NCBI GenBank assembly: GCA_963692915.1 | Contig: OY843584.1 | Span: 288,001 to 352,000, forward strand | Direction of reading: 5' to 3' | DNA: 64,000 nucleotides | From: Cenarchaeum sp. | GTDB taxonomy: Archaea > Thermoproteota > Nitrososphaeria > Nitrososphaerales > Nitrosopumilaceae | Shown: piece after piece, positions 9,609-19,298 of the stretch | Layout: each line of letters begins with the position of its first letter | Numbering within the stretch: position 1 is the first letter of the stretch | Notes under the pieces: model-generated | Database searches by the model: none | Seen by the model: the letters and a program-made list of their open reading frames with translations, nothing else | Told to the model about the DNA's origin: nothing | Made by a program: the position numbers and the translations under genes

Positions 9609-10022
9609 ATGACACAGTCGATCGCCCTTGACACGTGCGTCGTGATAGCCCTGCTCGAACGGCCTCGCCTTGCACGGTCCATTAGGAAGGCCCTGCGCGG
9701 CAGGTGCGGCAGGGTCTTTCTGCCTGACACGGTCCTAAACGAGGTTGGGCGCGTCCGTGGCCATGGCGCACGGTCCGTGAGCGGCAAGATCGCGCGCCTT
9801 CTTGGCAGGGACATCTCTGTCGTCGTGACCACGCCGGCGCACCGTGAGCACGCGCGCGAGCTCACGTCGCGCTATGCGGTATGCCACGCCGGCGACAACC
9901 TGATCGTCGCAGTCTGCGCCGCACTTGACCTCGTCCTGCTCACCTTTGATCGCATGCTCTTGACGGCCTGCTCGTTTGTGGGCATTGCGGCGTTTCGTCC
10001 ATCCGAGATGAGGGGATTCTAG
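9609..10022 (+). CDS. PIN-domain (VapC-like) ribonuclease
   Basis: ALDTCVVI, VLNE, GDNLI, LLTFDRML acidic active-site pattern. Confidence 0.85.
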   Translation: MTQSIALDTCVVIALLERPRLARSIRKALRGRCGRVFLPDTVLNEVGRVRGHGARSVSGKIARLLGRDISVVVTTPAHREHARELTSRYAVCHAGDNLIVAVCAALDLVLLTFDRMLLTACSFVGIAAFRPSEMRGF

Positions 10023-10559
10023 GTGCGCACCATAGAACGCATACTGGCAGCCGCGCGCCATGGCGGCGCAGCGTGCCGACCCCACCTGGCGCTGCGGGGT
10101 CACGGTGGACTCGTCGAGTGCGTCCACGCGCCTGCGCGCCCCGCGCAACGGACGCTTGATGATGACATGCTGCCGCTGCAGGATGCGCTCACGGAGAGTG
10201 ACGTCAAGCACCAGCATATTGTCTACCGCCTTGTCAACGGGAACCGCAGTGTCCCTGAAACGCCGATTGACTTTCTTGGAACCGTGCGCGAGATGGAGGG
10301 GCTCGTGTACGGCATGGAGAACTTTATCTGCATCACCAACAAGAATGTGGCCAGGGGCGGATTTGTCCAGTTTCTGCGCCTTGACCGTGATGAATGGTAT
10401 GTTGACATTCCCATCAACATGGGCCGGGGCTGGGATGGTTATGTGTGGGGCTGCCATGCGGACACGCGCCTGCTCTCTGACACGCTGTGCCTCTTTTTTG
10501 AGGAGGTTCCGTGGTTTGGCATGCTGCCCTGGACAATGCGCCGTGTCGCGCATTCCTGA
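10023..10559 (+). CDS. Hypothetical protein
   Basis: GTG directly after the PIN stop codon; plausible composition with aromatic C-terminus. Confidence 0.55.
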   Translation: MRTIERILAAARHGGAACRPHLALRGHGGLVECVHAPARPAQRTLDDDMLPLQDALTESDVKHQHIVYRLVNGNRSVPETPIDFLGTVREMEGLVYGMENFICITNKNVARGGFVQFLRLDRDEWYVDIPINMGRGWDGYVWGCHADTRLLSDTLCLFFEEVPWFGMLPWTMRRVAHS

Positions 10560-10607
10560 GCCCTGGACGGGAAAGGTATAATTGGCTCTGGCCTGCGCGC
10601 GAGGACG

Positions 10608-11051
10608 TTGAGGATCACAAGTCCGGCATTTGCCGACGGTGGGGAGATTCCGCGCCGGTGCGGGTACAAGAACGGCAACGAGCAGCCGACCCTCCTGGTT
10701 TCTGACGTGCCCGGCGGCGTTAGGTCGCTTGCAGTCATCATGGACGATCCTGACGCAGTCGCCGCAGTCGGCAAGCAGTGGGTCCACTGGACGGCATGGA
10801 ACATTGGTGCTGACACGGTCGAGCTCTCGGCGTCGCTGCCTGCAGGCGCACTGGAGGGGACGACTGACTTTGGCGAGGTCGGGTATGGTGGGCCTGCCCC
10901 GCCTGACGGCGAGCACACGTACCTGTTTGCGCTCCATGCGCTTGACACCGTGCTCGATATCGCCGGCGGCGCGACGAGGGCAGAGCTCGACTCGGCGATA
11001 CACGGGCACATTGTGGAGACTGCAATGCTCCGTGGCCGCTACGCGCCCTAG
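10608..11051 (+). CDS. YbhB/YbcL family (PEBP) protein
   Basis: ITSPAF, MDDPDA, WVHW, YGGPAPP, HTYLFALHALD. Confidence 0.92.
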   Translation: MRITSPAFADGGEIPRRCGYKNGNEQPTLLVSDVPGGVRSLAVIMDDPDAVAAVGKQWVHWTAWNIGADTVELSASLPAGALEGTTDFGEVGYGGPAPPDGEHTYLFALHALDTVLDIAGGATRAELDSAIHGHIVETAMLRGRYAP

Positions 11052-11178
11052 GCGTCTCGTGGGGCAATGTGGCCTAGTCACGCACCCGCTTTTCGGGTTG
11101 TGGCCAATCTACCTAATGCGCATATGTGGTGACAGGTGGGGGTTAAGGTTTTTAATGTGCCTGATGGACGCTGGGGCA

Positions 11179-11478
11179 ATGACGATGAGTCCACCATCAA
11201 CACACCGATACGGTGAGTGGTTGATGCTGGAAGACTGGAAGCCGGCCCGAAATAACGCCAAAATCACGTTTTCTAATGGTGACGCTACTGTCACACCCTG
11301 GCCGGGGCAAAATGATGAGCCCGTACGGATAATTTCTAGAGGGGTAGAAGAGATCATACACTATGACGCAAAACGCATGGAGCATGGAAAGCCATATCCT
11401 ATAGAATGGTATGGCAAAAAGTTCGTGCTAGTAAAGCGCGGCGACACGATCAACATGCTGACGGAAGATGAAGTTTAA
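11179..11478 (+). CDS. Hypothetical protein (AT-rich islet gene 1)
   Basis: TTTTTAA box near 11150, then ATG; overlaps the next ORF. Confidence 0.55.
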   Translation: MTMSPPSTHRYGEWLMLEDWKPARNNAKITFSNGDATVTPWPGQNDEPVRIISRGVEEIIHYDAKRMEHGKPYPIEWYGKKFVLVKRGDTINMLTEDEV

Positions 11479-11656
11479 GATTAGTGGTGCGGTCAACGGA
11501 GCACTGGACGGACTGGTACCGGGTATCACACTCGCATTAGACTATGACAAATCGACAGATGTGCCAATTAAGTGGTGTGATGCTCATGTAAAATTCTTTA
11601 AAGATCGTCTCATTCACATACATCATCATGATGTGGAGGTTGTTCGTTATGAATAA
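11468..11656 (+). CDS. Hypothetical protein (AT-rich islet gene 2)
   Basis: 62 aa ORF overlapping both neighbours; HIHHH near the C-terminus. Confidence 0.45.
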   Translation: MKFKISGAVNGALDGLVPGITLALDYDKSTDVPIKWCDAHVKFFKDRLIHIHHHDVEVVRYE

Positions 11657-12071
11657 ATCCGAAGACATGATAAAGAGCTATGGATACATGCCCTTCAAAG
11701 TATTGAAAAATGCTCCACTTGTGTGCATTGTAAAAGATGACGGGACGATGATCACTATCGAGTCCACAATCCAAAAAATCATCAATACAAGCAAAGGGCA
11801 AGGCGACATATTCGGTAATGCCAACGTTGTCATATACACAAAGAAAGATGTTCGAGAAGGAAAGCCACTGTCACGAGCACAGGATCTTGATTATGACATA
11901 ATTTCAAAAGGCGAATTTACTTGTAAGGTCGATAATGGAATAATTATATCCATGCTGCCTGTTATAGTACAGATAAATCGTTCAGGTGTGCGTATCCAAC
12001 ATAATGAAGAACTCTACGAAGTATCGGCCAGTTTTAAAATAAAAACTTCGGGCACCTTGACCGATCCATAA
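11649..12071 (+). CDS. Hypothetical protein (AT-rich islet gene 3)
   Basis: 140 aa open frame in AT-rich DNA; GGAGG upstream of ATG 11649. Confidence 0.55.
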   Translation: MNKSEDMIKSYGYMPFKVLKNAPLVCIVKDDGTMITIESTIQKIINTSKGQGDIFGNANVVIYTKKDVREGKPLSRAQDLDYDIISKGEFTCKVDNGIIISMLPVIVQINRSGVRIQHNEELYEVSASFKIKTSGTLTDP

Positions 12072-12380
12072 TGAGTGTTCCATTCGCGTAAACGCGCACT
12101 AGAAAATGGCGTTCGGGACTGGCACGCATGACCATCTTGGGAGCGCCTATGTTGGTTCTTGCTGCGCGTGATGCGTCCAACGACAAACTGACATCAGAGG
12201 ATCCCTGAGGGCGCCATGATGGACTCCGCGCATGCCGCCTGCAGACTCTGCCTGTGAGCCAGTCTCATGTTGCCCTGCGGGAGTCACCTGCTCCCACAGA
12301 TCTCTTCAGGGCCGATCCCGCCATGGCACATCGGGAATTGTCAGCAGGCCGACAAAAGAATAATAACCAATGTTTGGGCC

Positions 12381-14699
12381 ATGCATCCTGTAGTGCTTGA
12401 AAGGAGGCTCCTCTCAGTGGGTTCGCGCGAGCTTCGAACGCGACACCTCATAGTGATCGCAGTCCTTGCCCTCTCGTTTACTGTCTCGGCGCTGATCAGG
12501 GCACAGCCTGCAGAATACGGGTTTACGCTTCACGAGTTTGACCCGTTCTTCAACTATCGCGCAACAGAGTTTCTCGTGGAGAACGGCCTTGGGGCGTACG
12601 CGGACTGGCATGATGACCTTAGCTGGTATCCTGACGGCCGCGACATATCGCGCACGTCGCAGTTCATGCAGCACGCCACGGCGGCCGCGCTCTATGGCGT
12701 CTTTGGCGGGGGCTCGGAGCTCCTCGACTTTGTCATAATCCTGCCGCTAGTCCTCGGCGCGCTGACGGGCATAGCAGTCTTTGCGCTTGTGCGCGTGATT
12801 GCCGGAACCACCGCAGGCCTCCTCGCGTCGCTCTTTTACGCCGTGTCGGTGCCCATAATCATACGCGGCCCCATAGGGTGGTTCAAGGCCGAGCCTATCG
12901 GCCTCTTTTACGGCGTCATCGGCGTGTATCTGTTCCTTAGCGGCATAACCTCGTCTAACCGGCGCGAGGCGGCAATCAGGCTAGCCGGCGCCGGAATTGT
13001 GATGTCCATGGCACTCTCTGCATGGGGCGGCACGCAGTTCTTTATCATTCCGCTAGGGCTCTTTTTCATGGCCCTTCCGTTCATCAGGCGGGATCACTCG
13101 TTTCTCCTGTGGGCTATACCGCTCTTCGTCGGCGTCCTCCTTGCCTCGTCTGCAGCATTTGAGAGGCCTGGCGCCTCCTTTGCCCTTGGCCTCGGGGGCG
13201 CAGCGCTGGCAGTTCCGGCAATAGTCATGGTCGCGTGCATATTCATACAGCGCGCAAGCCCTGCGGCCTCTGCAACGCGAAACTCGCTGGCACTCGTGCT
13301 TGGCATAGTCGTCATAACTGCTGTCATATTTGCGGTGAACAGCCAGACGGACTCCCTTGACCTGCCAAGCTTTCGCTACCTCAACGCGATAAACCCGTTT
13401 CTGACCACAGTCGACCCACTCGTCGACTCGGTCTCTGAGCACGTCTCGCTGACGCTTCGCCAGTCGTTCTTTTTCATGTCGGTTCTCATGATCTTTGCGG
13501 GCATTGGGGCATGGCTCCTCCTGTCGCGGCGCGACCGCCTTGACTCGTACGGCGTGCCGTTGCGCACGGACATGGCAGTCTATGCGATGATGATGGGGTT
13601 TGCCGGAGTCTATGTCGCCTCGGCATTCACGAGGCTTGCCGTATTCTCGTCAGTAGCAGTGGTGATCCTGGCCTCGATAGGCATCGCCATCCTCGCCGCA
13701 CTGGTGTTCTCCAACCCGCGTGCGGGGATTGGAATAAAGTCTGGATTCGTCGTGGCAGTCGTGGCCATGCTCATAGTTCCAATGACAGCCCCCGCTGAGG
13801 GAAACTGGATCACCACGGTCAACAACCCACCCCCGATACTCAACGGGGGCTCGGTCTTTGACATAGCGACGCAGGATTGGCCGCTTGCCCTTGAGTGGAT
13901 ACGCGCCGAAACGCCCGAGGACTCGATCATCATGTCGTGGTGGGACTATGGCTATTGGATTGAGACGCTCGCAAACCGCACGACGCTTGTGGACAACCTG
14001 ACCGTCTCGACTGGCAAGATACAGAACATTGCGCAGATCTTTTACAGTGAGCCGTCCGAGGCGTGGGAGCGAATGAACGACCTCGGGGTCGACTATGCGG
14101 TAATCTACATCGCCGCGCGCAACGTTGGCGTTCCCGAGAGGCCACTCTACACGCTGGCCGGAGGGGGAGACGAGACAAAGCGGGTCTGGCTCGCAAGAAT
14201 CGCCGGCGTTGATGAGGACAAGTACCTCTATGGGGACTCTGTTAGCCCCAAGGAGAGCTTTAATGACACGATCTATGGGCTGATGACGCCATTCACGCAC
14301 GCGACATACGGCAACATTGCCACGGGCCTAAAGTCCGTCAGGTGGCAGCCGGGCTTTGTCTCCATATATGAAAAGGACGTGCACTTTCCGGCCGGCGGGG
14401 ACGGCCCGTTGCGCCTCGTCTACTCGTCACCGTCCTTTGACGAGGATCACGACTCTAGGATTAACGGCGTGTTTGTGTACGAGCTCAACCGCGACTATGT
14501 CCCACCTGCACCCGAGCCTGTCATGGTCCCGATCACGACGATCCCGTTTATGGAGGGAGTGACGGGCGATGACGCCGATGCGATGGCCATGGACGAGACT
14601 GCCGACGGCGAGATGGCCATGGAAGGGGCGATGGGCGATGACGTCGATGCGATGGCCATGGACGAGACCGCCGATGGCGACGAGCCTGTCGAGCCCTAG
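12381..14699 (+). CDS. aglB: Oligosaccharyltransferase AglB (STT3)
   Basis: EFDPFFNYR, many TM helices, SVSEH, WWDYG motif; start approximate. Confidence 0.93.
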   Translation: MHPVVLERRLLSVGSRELRTRHLIVIAVLALSFTVSALIRAQPAEYGFTLHEFDPFFNYRATEFLVENGLGAYADWHDDLSWYPDGRDISRTSQFMQHATAAALYGVFGGGSELLDFVIILPLVLGALTGIAVFALVRVIAGTTAGLLASLFYAVSVPIIIRGPIGWFKAEPIGLFYGVIGVYLFLSGITSSNRREAAIRLAGAGIVMSMALSAWGGTQFFIIPLGLFFMALPFIRRDHSFLLWAIPLFVGVLLASSAAFERPGASFALGLGGAALAVPAIVMVACIFIQRASPAASATRNSLALVLGIVVITAVIFAVNSQTDSLDLPSFRYLNAINPFLTTVDPLVDSVSEHVSLTLRQSFFFMSVLMIFAGIGAWLLLSRRDRLDSYGVPLRTDMAVYAMMMGFAGVYVASAFTRLAVFSSVAVVILASIGIAILAALVFSNPRAGIGIKSGFVVAVVAMLIVPMTAPAEGNWITTVNNPPPILNGGSVFDIATQDWPLALEWIRAETPEDSIIMSWWDYGYWIETLANRTTLVDNLTVSTGKIQNIAQIFYSEPSEAWERMNDLGVDYAVIYIAARNVGVPERPLYTLAGGGDETKRVWLARIAGVDEDKYLYGDSVSPKESFNDTIYGLMTPFTHATYGNIATGLKSVRWQPGFVSIYEKDVHFPAGGDGPLRLVYSSPSFDEDHDSRINGVFVYELNRDYVPPAPEPVMVPITTIPFMEGVTGDDADAMAMDETADGEMAMEGAMGDDVDAMAMDETADGDEPVEP
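14550..14690 (+). repeat. Two copies of a 69 bp (23 aa) imperfect tandem repeat at the aglB 3' end
   Basis: MEGVTGDDADAMAMDETADGEMA / MEGAMGDDVDAMAMDETADGDEP. Confidence 0.85.
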
Positions 14700-14858
14700 C
14701 TATTCCTCGTATCGTTCGGCGAGCCTATAGCGCATATACTTGTCATCAGGGGAGAACTTTGCCGGATGAGCCGAGCGTGTCTCGCCACTGCACTTGGGGC
14801 AGCTCTCCTTTAGCGTGTACTTGCCGCACTCGACGCACCGGCGCATCATAAACCGCAT
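14700..14858 (-). CDS. nop10: H/ACA RNP protein Nop10 (52 aa; absent from the ORF track)
   Basis: MRFMMRRCVECGKYTLKESCPKCSGETRSAHPAKFSPDDKY...; follows aIF2-alpha, the usual archaeal order. Confidence 0.93.
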   Translation of the reverse strand: MRFMMRRCVECGKYTLKESCPKCSGETRSAHPAKFSPDDKYMRYRLAERYEE

Positions 14859-14861
14859 GGA

Positions 14862-15656
14862 CTATTCCTCCCTTACCTTTTTTGATTCCTCGCGCGCAAA
14901 CTCGTACGTGCCCTTTTTTCCTATCTTTGCCTGTATTGTGGCAAGTATTGGCTTTAGCTCTTTTTCGGCTGACTTGAAGTCTGGCGCACTCACGGCAATC
15001 CTGTATTTTGGCGCACCAAGGTATGTGATGCTGGCCATTTTGCTCTTTTTGGTCGCGCTCTGCAGCGTGTTGATTATTGTCTCGACACCGTCTGGCGTGG
15101 GCACCTTTATTTTGAGGACACCGCGTATCTCTACTGAGGGGAGTCTTATCTTGGAGCATGCGTCTGATATTGCGTCAATGATTTTTTTGCCGAGCTTTAG
15201 CGCTGCCAGAGTCTCCGTGCCGTTCCTGGCGACTTCCATGAACACGTCATAGATCGAGTCGCCCTTTGAGTAGAGCTTGTCCTCAAGCGCACTCGTTTCT
15301 TCTTCGGAGAGTGATGCCTTTTCCTGGATGCTCTTGAGCAGCGTCATGCCCTTTTCATACCTCTTTACCTCTAGGAGCTTTTTCTTTCTCTGGTCATTGG
15401 ATACTTGCTTTAGGGACAGGTCAATGTCAGCGCGTTCCTCATTGACGCGCTTTACAAGGAGGATCTTTTTCTCGTTGACTCGGACAAACTTGGAGACCGA
15501 GCGTATCCAGCCCGGCGCAAGCTCGCTGATGTGAAGAAAGCCAGACATGTCGCCGTACTCGTCTAGCGTGACGTATGCCCCGTGATCCATCACCTTTGAG
15601 ACTGTCGCGAGAACTATCTCGCCGCGAACGGGCATCTCGCGCTCTTGTGCCATCAT
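14862..15656 (-). CDS. eif2a: Translation initiation factor 2 alpha subunit
   Basis: S1 domain GAYVTLDEY...LHISE...IDLSLK; YLGAPKYRI. Confidence 0.95.
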   Translation of the reverse strand: MMAQEREMPVRGEIVLATVSKVMDHGAYVTLDEYGDMSGFLHISELAPGWIRSVSKFVRVNEKKILLVKRVNEERADIDLSLKQVSNDQRKKKLLEVKRYEKGMTLLKSIQEKASLSEEETSALEDKLYSKGDSIYDVFMEVARNGTETLAALKLGKKIIDAISDACSKIRLPSVEIRGVLKIKVPTPDGVETIINTLQSATKKSKMASITYLGAPKYRIAVSAPDFKSAEKELKPILATIQAKIGKKGTYEFAREESKKVREE

Positions 15657-15841
15657 GCGGCCCCCCAAACCACTTCAAATTTAACCTTGACGTGTCTATA
15701 TGGACAAATTGCCCCATATGCGCGCATGGGTGTGCGCCTAGGGTCATGGGACAAGCTAGTGCGCCTGTCGCGCCCTGCCCGCCAGGACAGGCTATGGCCA
15801 GAGCTGCACTAGGGCGCAGACTGGTGCCGTATGCGCATACA

Positions 15842-16426
15842 TCAAAAGTCTATTCCCTTTTTTGCCCTGATTCCGCGCTTGAATGGATGCCGAACCTCCT
15901 TCATCTCGGTGATGAGGTCTGCTGCCTCGAGTATGCGCTCGTCGGCACGGTTGCCGGTCAGGACTAGGGTGAGCTCGCGGGGACGCGAGCTGATGAGGCG
16001 CAGCACGTCAGCTGCATCGACTAGTCCAAGGCTAGTCGCATAGTTGACCTCGTCGAGCATGACAATGTCATACTTGCCCGAGGATATTCTCTTGGCCGCC
16101 TCGCGCATCGACTCGGCGGCCACCTTTACGTGAACCTCCCTGTCGCTCGTGTCGTCCATTATTCCGACAAACCCGTGTCCAGATGCGACGAGCTCAAAGT
16201 TTGGTGATAGGAGCTTTGACGAGTCAAGCTCGCCATAGTGCCACGATCCCTTGATGAACTGGATCATGCACACGCGCTTGTCATGGCCGACGGCGCGCAG
16301 TGCCATGCCCAGGGCAGCAGTGGTCTTGCCTTTGCCGCCACCGGTGTACACTATGACAAGGCCGTCGTCTGCCATCTGTGCGGCATCGAGAATTGCCCCG
16401 CTAATAGCATTGTCGGCACCTGCCAC
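15842..16426 (-). CDS. cobO: Cob(I)yrinic acid a,c-diamide adenosyltransferase
   Basis: VYTGGGKGKTTAALG, QFIKG, LDE, LTG, ADLITEM, HPF; start uncertain. Confidence 0.93.
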   Translation of the reverse strand: MAGADNAISGAILDAAQMADDGLVIVYTGGGKGKTTAALGMALRAVGHDKRVCMIQFIKGSWHYGELDSSKLLSPNFELVASGHGFVGIMDDTSDREVHVKVAAESMREAAKRISSGKYDIVMLDEVNYATSLGLVDAADVLRLISSRPRELTLVLTGNRADERILEAADLITEMKEVRHPFKRGIRAKKGIDF

Positions 16427-16559
16427 GCACGCAGGTATGTGGGGTCAGCGTCCCGCCATGACACGCGTGCAGTGGTGCCATGTGGGCAGCCTGCGTGCGT
16501 ACCCTGTAGTCACATCTGCCCGTATGCACTTAAATAAAAAACACGCACGCGCCCCCGCA

Positions 16560-17933
16560 ATGAGGATACCGAGAATTGTCATCGCCGGAGTGTCCAGTGG
16601 TGTGGGCAAGACGCTCGTTGCATGTGCCGTGGCATACGGCATACGCAAGCGTGGATACACCGTGCAGCCGTTCAAGGTGGGACCGGACTATATCGACCCC
16701 GGCTACCTCTCGCTTGCGGCCGGAAGGGACGCACGAAACCTTGACACGTGGATAATGGGACGCTCGCGAATGGTCGAGAGCTTTGCGCAGTCCTCGACAT
16801 CAGACGTCTCTGTCATAGAGGGCGTCATGGGTCACTATGACGGGCTCTCGGGGCGAACCAACCGCGCGAGCACGTTCGAGGCAGCGCAGATACTCGACGC
16901 GCCAGTCATACTCGTAGTCGATGCCAGCCGCGCGGCACGATCAATCGCGGCGACTGTCAAGGGGTTTGTGACATACCAAAAACCCTCCAACATCATAGGA
17001 GTTGTGCTAAACAGGGTGGGCAGCAGGAGACACATGGACTTTTGTGCCGACTCGCTAGAGCAGGCTGGCATGCCCGTCCTGGGCTCGATACCTCGCGACG
17101 AGTCATATGTGCTAGAGTCTAGGCACCTTGGGCTAGTTCCGCCAATTGAGGGCAGCGCAAAGAGCAAAAAGGCCATCGCAGCATTCAAAGGAGTCGAGGA
17201 GTGCATTGATGTTGACACCATGATAAACACCGCTGACTCGGCACGCTCGCTAAAGCTGGCGCGCCCTAATCCAAAACCCAAAAAGCCGCGACGAGCTACG
17301 ATCGGCGTTGCGCTTGACTCGTCATTCAACTTTTACTATCGCGACAATCTCGATGCCCTCGAGCGCGAGGGCGCACGCCTAAAGTTCTTTAGCCCTGTTG
17401 CTGACAAGAACCTGCCAGAGTGCGACGGCCTCTACATCGGGGGCGGATTTCCAGAAGTTCTCGGATCGGCACTTGAGGGCAACTCGTCGATGAGGCGCGC
17501 AATACGTGCGCATGCGATCGACGAGCGCCGCGCCATATATGCTGAATGCGGTGGCCTGATGTACCTAACGCGCGGAATCACGTCAGGCAAGCGGCGTTAT
17601 GTGATGTCCGGCGTGATTGACGCGCAGACGAAAATGTCCAAAAAACCAATCCTGGGATACACGCGTGGCATGATCACGCGAAAGTGCATCATTTCGCCCC
17701 GCCCGCTGAACATGCGCGGCCACGAGTTCCACTATTCGACCATATCTGACATTCCAAATGACACGGCCTTTGCGTACTCGCTTGACGTCGGAACGGGCAT
17801 CGCCGGCGGACGTGACGGCATAATGCAGGATGCAGTTCTCGCGTCGTACGGGCACCTGTATTTTGGGGACACGCTAGCGGGCAACAGGGCAGGCAGCATC
17901 GTGGCGGCGACCCGTGTGGCAGCACGGCGCTAG
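16560..17933 (+). CDS. cbiA: Cobyrinate a,c-diamide synthase
   Basis: SGVGKT, FKVGPDYIDP, SRHLGL, AECGGLMYL, GHEFHYS. Confidence 0.95.
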   Translation: MRIPRIVIAGVSSGVGKTLVACAVAYGIRKRGYTVQPFKVGPDYIDPGYLSLAAGRDARNLDTWIMGRSRMVESFAQSSTSDVSVIEGVMGHYDGLSGRTNRASTFEAAQILDAPVILVVDASRAARSIAATVKGFVTYQKPSNIIGVVLNRVGSRRHMDFCADSLEQAGMPVLGSIPRDESYVLESRHLGLVPPIEGSAKSKKAIAAFKGVEECIDVDTMINTADSARSLKLARPNPKPKKPRRATIGVALDSSFNFYYRDNLDALEREGARLKFFSPVADKNLPECDGLYIGGGFPEVLGSALEGNSSMRRAIRAHAIDERRAIYAECGGLMYLTRGITSGKRRYVMSGVIDAQTKMSKKPILGYTRGMITRKCIISPRPLNMRGHEFHYSTISDIPNDTAFAYSLDVGTGIAGGRDGIMQDAVLASYGHLYFGDTLAGNRAGSIVAATRVAARR

Positions 17934-18559
17934 GCTGACTTGAAGAGCGCGTTTAGTATGGCCGCCGCAGCCGCGCTCCCGCCCTTCCTGCCCGAGTTTG
18001 TTATGCACGTGATGCCAGAGGCGGCGAGTGCCTCCTTTGACTCTACGGCAGAGACAAAGCCCACGGGAATGCCGACGGTGAGGGCCGGCCTCACAATGCC
18101 CTCGCGGACCATCTCGAGGAGCTCAAGGAGGGCCGTCGGCGCGTTGCCGACCACTACGACTCCACCATCGACCTCCTCGGCTGACTCGCGCATTGCGGCG
18201 CGCGAGCGCGTCGTGCCCTCGCGCTTTGCGCGCTCGGCGACCTGCGGGTCAGAGACGCGGCAGGACATGCCGCAGCCGCACTCGGCTACGTGACGTGCGC
18301 TTATGAGGCCGGTGACGCCGTGGACGTCGGCTACGATCGATGCGCCTGTGTGCAGCGCGCCGGCGCCGACGCGCACGGCATCTCCGACAAAAGAGATCGC
18401 GCACGAGCGCGCAAAGTCAAAGTCCGCCGTAGAGTGTATGACGCGCCTCACGACAGGCCACTCTTCATCCGAGTACGGATGATCGCCAATCTCCGAGTCG
18501 ATGATCCTCATGCTCTCATCTTCAATGTCCTGGCCTGCCCTAGTCTGCACTGCTCTCAA
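17930..18559 (-). CDS. cbiC: Precorrin-8X methylmutase
   Basis: IEDESMRII, RRVIHSTADF, GNAPTAL, PVGFV, GRKGGS. Confidence 0.95.
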   Translation of the reverse strand: MRAVQTRAGQDIEDESMRIIDSEIGDHPYSDEEWPVVRRVIHSTADFDFARSCAISFVGDAVRVGAGALHTGASIVADVHGVTGLISARHVAECGCGMSCRVSDPQVAERAKREGTTRSRAAMRESAEEVDGGVVVVGNAPTALLELLEMVREGIVRPALTVGIPVGFVSAVESKEALAASGITCITNSGRKGGSAAAAAILNALFKSA

Positions 18560-19298
18560 CCTCCGATGCCCTCTCGACTATCAAGTTTATCATCGCAGGG
18601 TCTGTCCCGAGATGGCGCGTGATGTGTGCAGTCTTTATGCCATGCGTTTCGAGTGCGGGGTTGAGGTCGGCATATATGTCACGCTTTACGTGCGCACCCT
18701 CGTGCAAAAAGTAAAAGACGATCACGAGCGCCTCGGGATTGTCCTTTGCGCACTTGGCTATGCCGCTGGCAATGTCGGGCTGCTCTATCTCCAAGAGGCA
18801 GTATGACGCGCTCTTGTACGTGGGCCTTATGCGGTCAATGACGTACTCTAGTGACCTCTTTGCGTTCGGATCCAAGCTGCCATGGCCAATAACGAGCACG
18901 TCGACATTGGCGTTCTGCATGCCCGACCGTTCTGCCCTGTCAAGCGCGTCGCGTATGCGGCTGTTGACGAGCTCTACTAGAGTCTTGTGCATTCTCATGG
19001 GTCGTGTGATGAGCATCTTTGTGCGTGTCTGTGCCTGCATGCGCATAGCGTCGCGCACGGCGATCTTTAGCTTTTTGCCCGGATACAAAAAGTAGGGCAC
19101 GACTGTAAGAGTGTCGAGATTCTCACCTAGCGCACGCTCAAAGCCCTCGGGCATGAACGGCGGGACGACCTCCAAAAAGCAGTACGCCACATAGTCGTAT
19201 CCGCCCCTCTCCCTGACGCGTGCGCATATCTCGTCAAGCTCGGCCTTGACCTCGGCCTCCCTGCTTCCCCTGTCTATTATGAGCATCCCGCGCCTCAA
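18540..19298 (-). CDS. cbiX: Sirohydrochlorin cobaltochelatase (two-domain CbiX)
   Basis: GSRE, FLEV, PYFL, GHGS, FLHEGAHVKRDI. Confidence 0.88.
   Translation of the reverse strand: MRRGMLIIDRGSREAEVKAELDEICARVRERGGYDYVAYCFLEVVPPFMPEGFERALGENLDTLTVVPYFLYPGKKLKIAVRDAMRMQAQTRTKMLITRPMRMHKTLVELVNSRIRDALDRAERSGMQNANVDVLVIGHGSLDPNAKRSLEYVIDRIRPTYKSASYCLLEIEQPDIASGIAKCAKDNPEALVIVFYFLHEGAHVKRDIYADLNPALETHGIKTAHITRHLGTDPAMINLIVERASEVESSAD

Noticed and set aside
9735-11081. 448 aa minus-strand ORF and many similar long antisense ORFs
   Set aside because: Shadow frames of real genes in GC-rich DNA, Arg/Ala-rich with no motifs.
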